In this document: positions 63,834 through 64,000 of the stretch, piece after piece
Layout: the number at the start of each line of letters is the position of its first letter
Position numbering within the stretch: position 1 is the stretch's first letter
From: Alphaproteobacteria bacterium
Lineage (GTDB): Bacteria; Pseudomonadota; Alphaproteobacteria; CALKHQ01
DNA length: 64,000 bases
NCBI GenBank assembly: GCA_965227515.1
Contig: CBDDFZ010000001.1
Span: 2,048,001-2,112,000, forward strand
Reading direction: 5' to 3'
Position numbers and translations under genes: made by a program
The notes under the pieces: model-generated
Told to the model about the DNA's origin: nothing
The model's database searches: none
What the model saw: only the letters and a program-made list of their open reading frames with translations

Positions 63834-64000
63834 ATGACCCGCGCAACCACGGTGCTCCCCAGCGGCGAATGGGACGGAGCGGGTGCCATCGACCGCGTCG
63901 TGCTCGACTACGACCACCGCTGCCGCCGGCGCATTGCGCTCACCACCGAGGGCGGGCGCGACGTGCTGGTCGACCTGCCGCATGCGACGGTGCTGCGCGA
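63834..64000 (+). CDS. ureE: urease accessory protein UreE (partial)
   Basis: Manual translation MTRATTVL...VVLDYDHRCRRRIALTTEGGRDVLVDLPHATVLR; position downstream of ureC. Confidence 0.88.
   Translation, partial: MTRATTVLPSGEWDGAGAIDRVVLDYDHRCRRRIALTTEGGRDVLVDLPHATVLR

Overview
High-GC window whose gene order (mrp divergent from hflK-hflC-degP, ureDAB-C, a CtrA-like box, CGTC-type REP doublets) points to an alphaproteobacterium. From left to right: an inositol-catabolism cluster (iolD partial, iolG, aldehyde dehydrogenase, HpcH aldolase, 2-hydroxyacid dehydrogenase, Gfo/Idh/MocA); a polar amino-acid ABC binding protein with an unusually long permease; degP-hflC-hflK and mrp; a Tat CAP protein, ybaN, frmA and a CapK-like ligase; an IS5-family element; a small lipoprotein and a mini secretin-like gene; a ~13.2 kb RTX/T1SS-type adhesin with 17 tandem 600-bp double-cadherin units (one 1-nt frameshift), bracketed by two class III cyclases; a Cys-tailed MarR; a trehalose cluster (otsB...GH15-otsA-glk) interrupted by two genes; a run of hydrolases; PCuAC, a Bax-like gene, nfu, an aldo/keto reductase, tRNA-Pro(CGG) and the urease operon (ureE partial). 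The most notable signals are the synonymous mosaic and invariant junction block in the adhesin repeats, the mini secretin with its divergent lipoprotein, the permease carrying what looks like one binding-protein lobe, and AT-shifted codons in both Fe-S carrier genes. All calls come from motif recognition by eye; no searches were run.
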